Source: Eledone cirrhosa
Lineage: Eukaryota
Direction of reading: 5' to 3'
Assembly: GCA_964016885.1 (NCBI GenBank)
Contig: OZ024742.1
Span: 58,466,001-58,530,000, forward strand
Length of the DNA: 64,000 nucleotides
Shown: positions 62,232 to 64,000 of the stretch, in pieces
Position numbering within the stretch: position 1 is the first letter of the stretch
Layout: every line of letters starts with the position of its first letter
Notes under the pieces: generated by a model
The model's database searches: none
What the model saw: the letters and a program-made list of their open reading frames with translations, nothing else
What the model was told of the DNA's origin: nothing
Made by a program: the position numbers and the translations under genes

Positions 62232-64000
62232 TCAAGGATCAATTTCCCCCTCGTCCCTCTGCGTATGAAAGTCTGCCGTCCAGGTCGGTGGTCTACGACT
62301 TCGTTGCGATCTTCGTAGTATTGGGGCAGGGCTCTGGGTTTCCACCTTATCTTGGGTTTCCTCTTCCTCGGAGTCCGTCGATACAGTGATTCTTCTTACA
62401 TCCAGGACATGACATGGTACCCCGTCCACGGACACATTGTTCTTTGAATTTACGGCCGTCACCGTTCCCCTTCCCCATTGAGATGTGCACCGTGCATCTG
62501 GGGGCTTAACCCAGACTTCTTCGACCACCTGCACGAATGCACTCTCTCTCCCCACTGGCCGTTGTGGTGGCGTGCACGGGTGCCGCCACTCGTATTTGAA
62601 TACTGCTCTGTGTGGCACCGATTCCTCGACCTGTCCAACCCGAGGGGACATATTGTACCAGAACACTGCCTCCATTGGTGAGATATGGCCCCGCTCCGCC
62701 ATTGCCTTGATCGTCCGGTGGTGTCGCTCCACGATTCCATTCCCACTCGGCCTGTGCGCCGCTCTGAAGAAACGGTCCACCTTCCATCCATCGAGCATCT
62801 CCCTCAGTGCCTCCGAGCGGAACGCTGCGCTGTTGTTCATCAGCAGTTCATCCACAGGGCCCCGCTCCAAGAACACCTCTCTCAACGTCCGCACGATTTC
62901 CTCGGCCGTTCCAGTTTCATCTCCCTCCATATCGCCATTCGACCTGGTCCACAGTCGACCATCGAGAGGTACGTTCCCTGCCGGTAGTGCGTCACATCCA
63001 CCGCTAATCGCTTCCAGTCGCGATCCACCGGGAGGCTTCCCGTTTCGTGTACACCTGGGGCGGGATCAATGGACTGACATCAGACGCAGCCTCTAACCAC
63101 CCCCCGAACACTGTGTCTGCTAATGTCCGAGTCGATTCTCCTGGCTAGGAACAGGCTCCTATCCACCCCCATGTGGTGCATGTCATGCAACCCCTTCAGG
63201 TCTAACTCGGTCAGCCGACACACGGCAGCTATCTCATCCTCTACCTCCTCCGGCGCTTCCATCCAGGCTTTCTTCACTCTAGTTAAGATGTCCACCCTAT
63301 TTTTCTCTGAGGGCACGAACACTACGCTCAGCTTCAAGTCGAACTCGGTGGCCAGCTCTCCTAACGTTCCAGGCGGCGCTTTATCAGCATCTCCGCCGCG
63401 CCTCTCGTTCGCACTCTCTTCTCACTGGTGAGCACTGATCTTACCCATCCGAGTACGGTAGCCGAATCGGTGCGTATCTCGATGGTGCGCAGCCCCCACC
63501 GCAGGGCGAGGTTCACCCCTCTCAACACCGCGTCCAGCTCGGCCACATTGATGTGGCTGCAGTTGTCCTTCTTTCTAAGCCAGGCTGCATCCTCGACTTC
63601 AACACCTCCTATCTCCAACGTGACACCCAGCGCTATGCTGCTGGCATCGCACCATACAGTCCCGCTCCGTGATTTGGGAACGTACCAGCGTCCCCGCACT
63701 GGGTCGTCGGCCTTCACCCTCCCCACGATCTCCTGCATCATGGCCACTGTTCTCTCTCCCACTCTGTCACTCCAAGTCACCCCTCCCGATCGTCTCTTGA
63801 CATAGCTGCATGCCGTCCGGAGCCACCCAGCGATCGGGTAGTGACCCACCAGCTTTCCACACACCGAGAAAAGCTCCCGCCTATTCATACTTGGGCCCAG
63901 TTCCGGAACTTCGTTTCCCCTCTGGAACACCAAAACGCCCGTCTTATCTCGCCGTAGCCTAAGTCCCAGCGCGGCTCCTCCCTCCAATGCTTCTGATGGC
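62232..64000 (-). mobile_element. Ty3/Gypsy pol region (RNase H + integrase), frameshifted, runs off the window
   Basis: RNase H WCDASS..INVAELDA..RTDS..VPSEKNRVD; integrase H..HH..C..C and core ELLMNN..F..SGNGIVER, with a catalytic D apparently changed to N; RH-then-IN order. Confidence 0.92.

Overview
AT-rich, microsatellite-laden eukaryotic DNA. It is very likely from an octopod cephalopod, inferred from the SINE/RTE families and the long (TA)n tracts, not verified. The only host gene I can support is the first coding exon of triosephosphate isomerase (TPI; minus strand, 5989-6097). The ORF track misses it, and the rest of the gene appears to lie left of the window. The remainder is nested mobile DNA: (1) an apparently intact full-length RTE LINE (APE endonuclease, RT, and a PHD finger after the YADD motif) with many truncated relatives, a partner SINE and a bipartite non-autonomous RTE; (2) decayed CR1, Expander/Rex3-like RTE and CRE-like LINEs; (3) two non-autonomous Helitrons, a deleted Merlin/ISXO2 transposon and the 3' part of a Ty3/Gypsy element; (4) several Penelope-like element (PLE, Neptune-type) families that sit as fold-back palindromes and carry hammerhead ribozyme motifs. 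The most striking observation is a Neptune GIY-YIG fragment (33235-33584). At the conserved motif positions I compared, its departures are A-to-G on the sense strand, which suggests an ADAR-hyperedited RNA was reverse-transcribed into the genome. It lies just across an assembly gap from a ribozyme-bearing near-perfect hairpin. All calls are by eye; no database searches were run.
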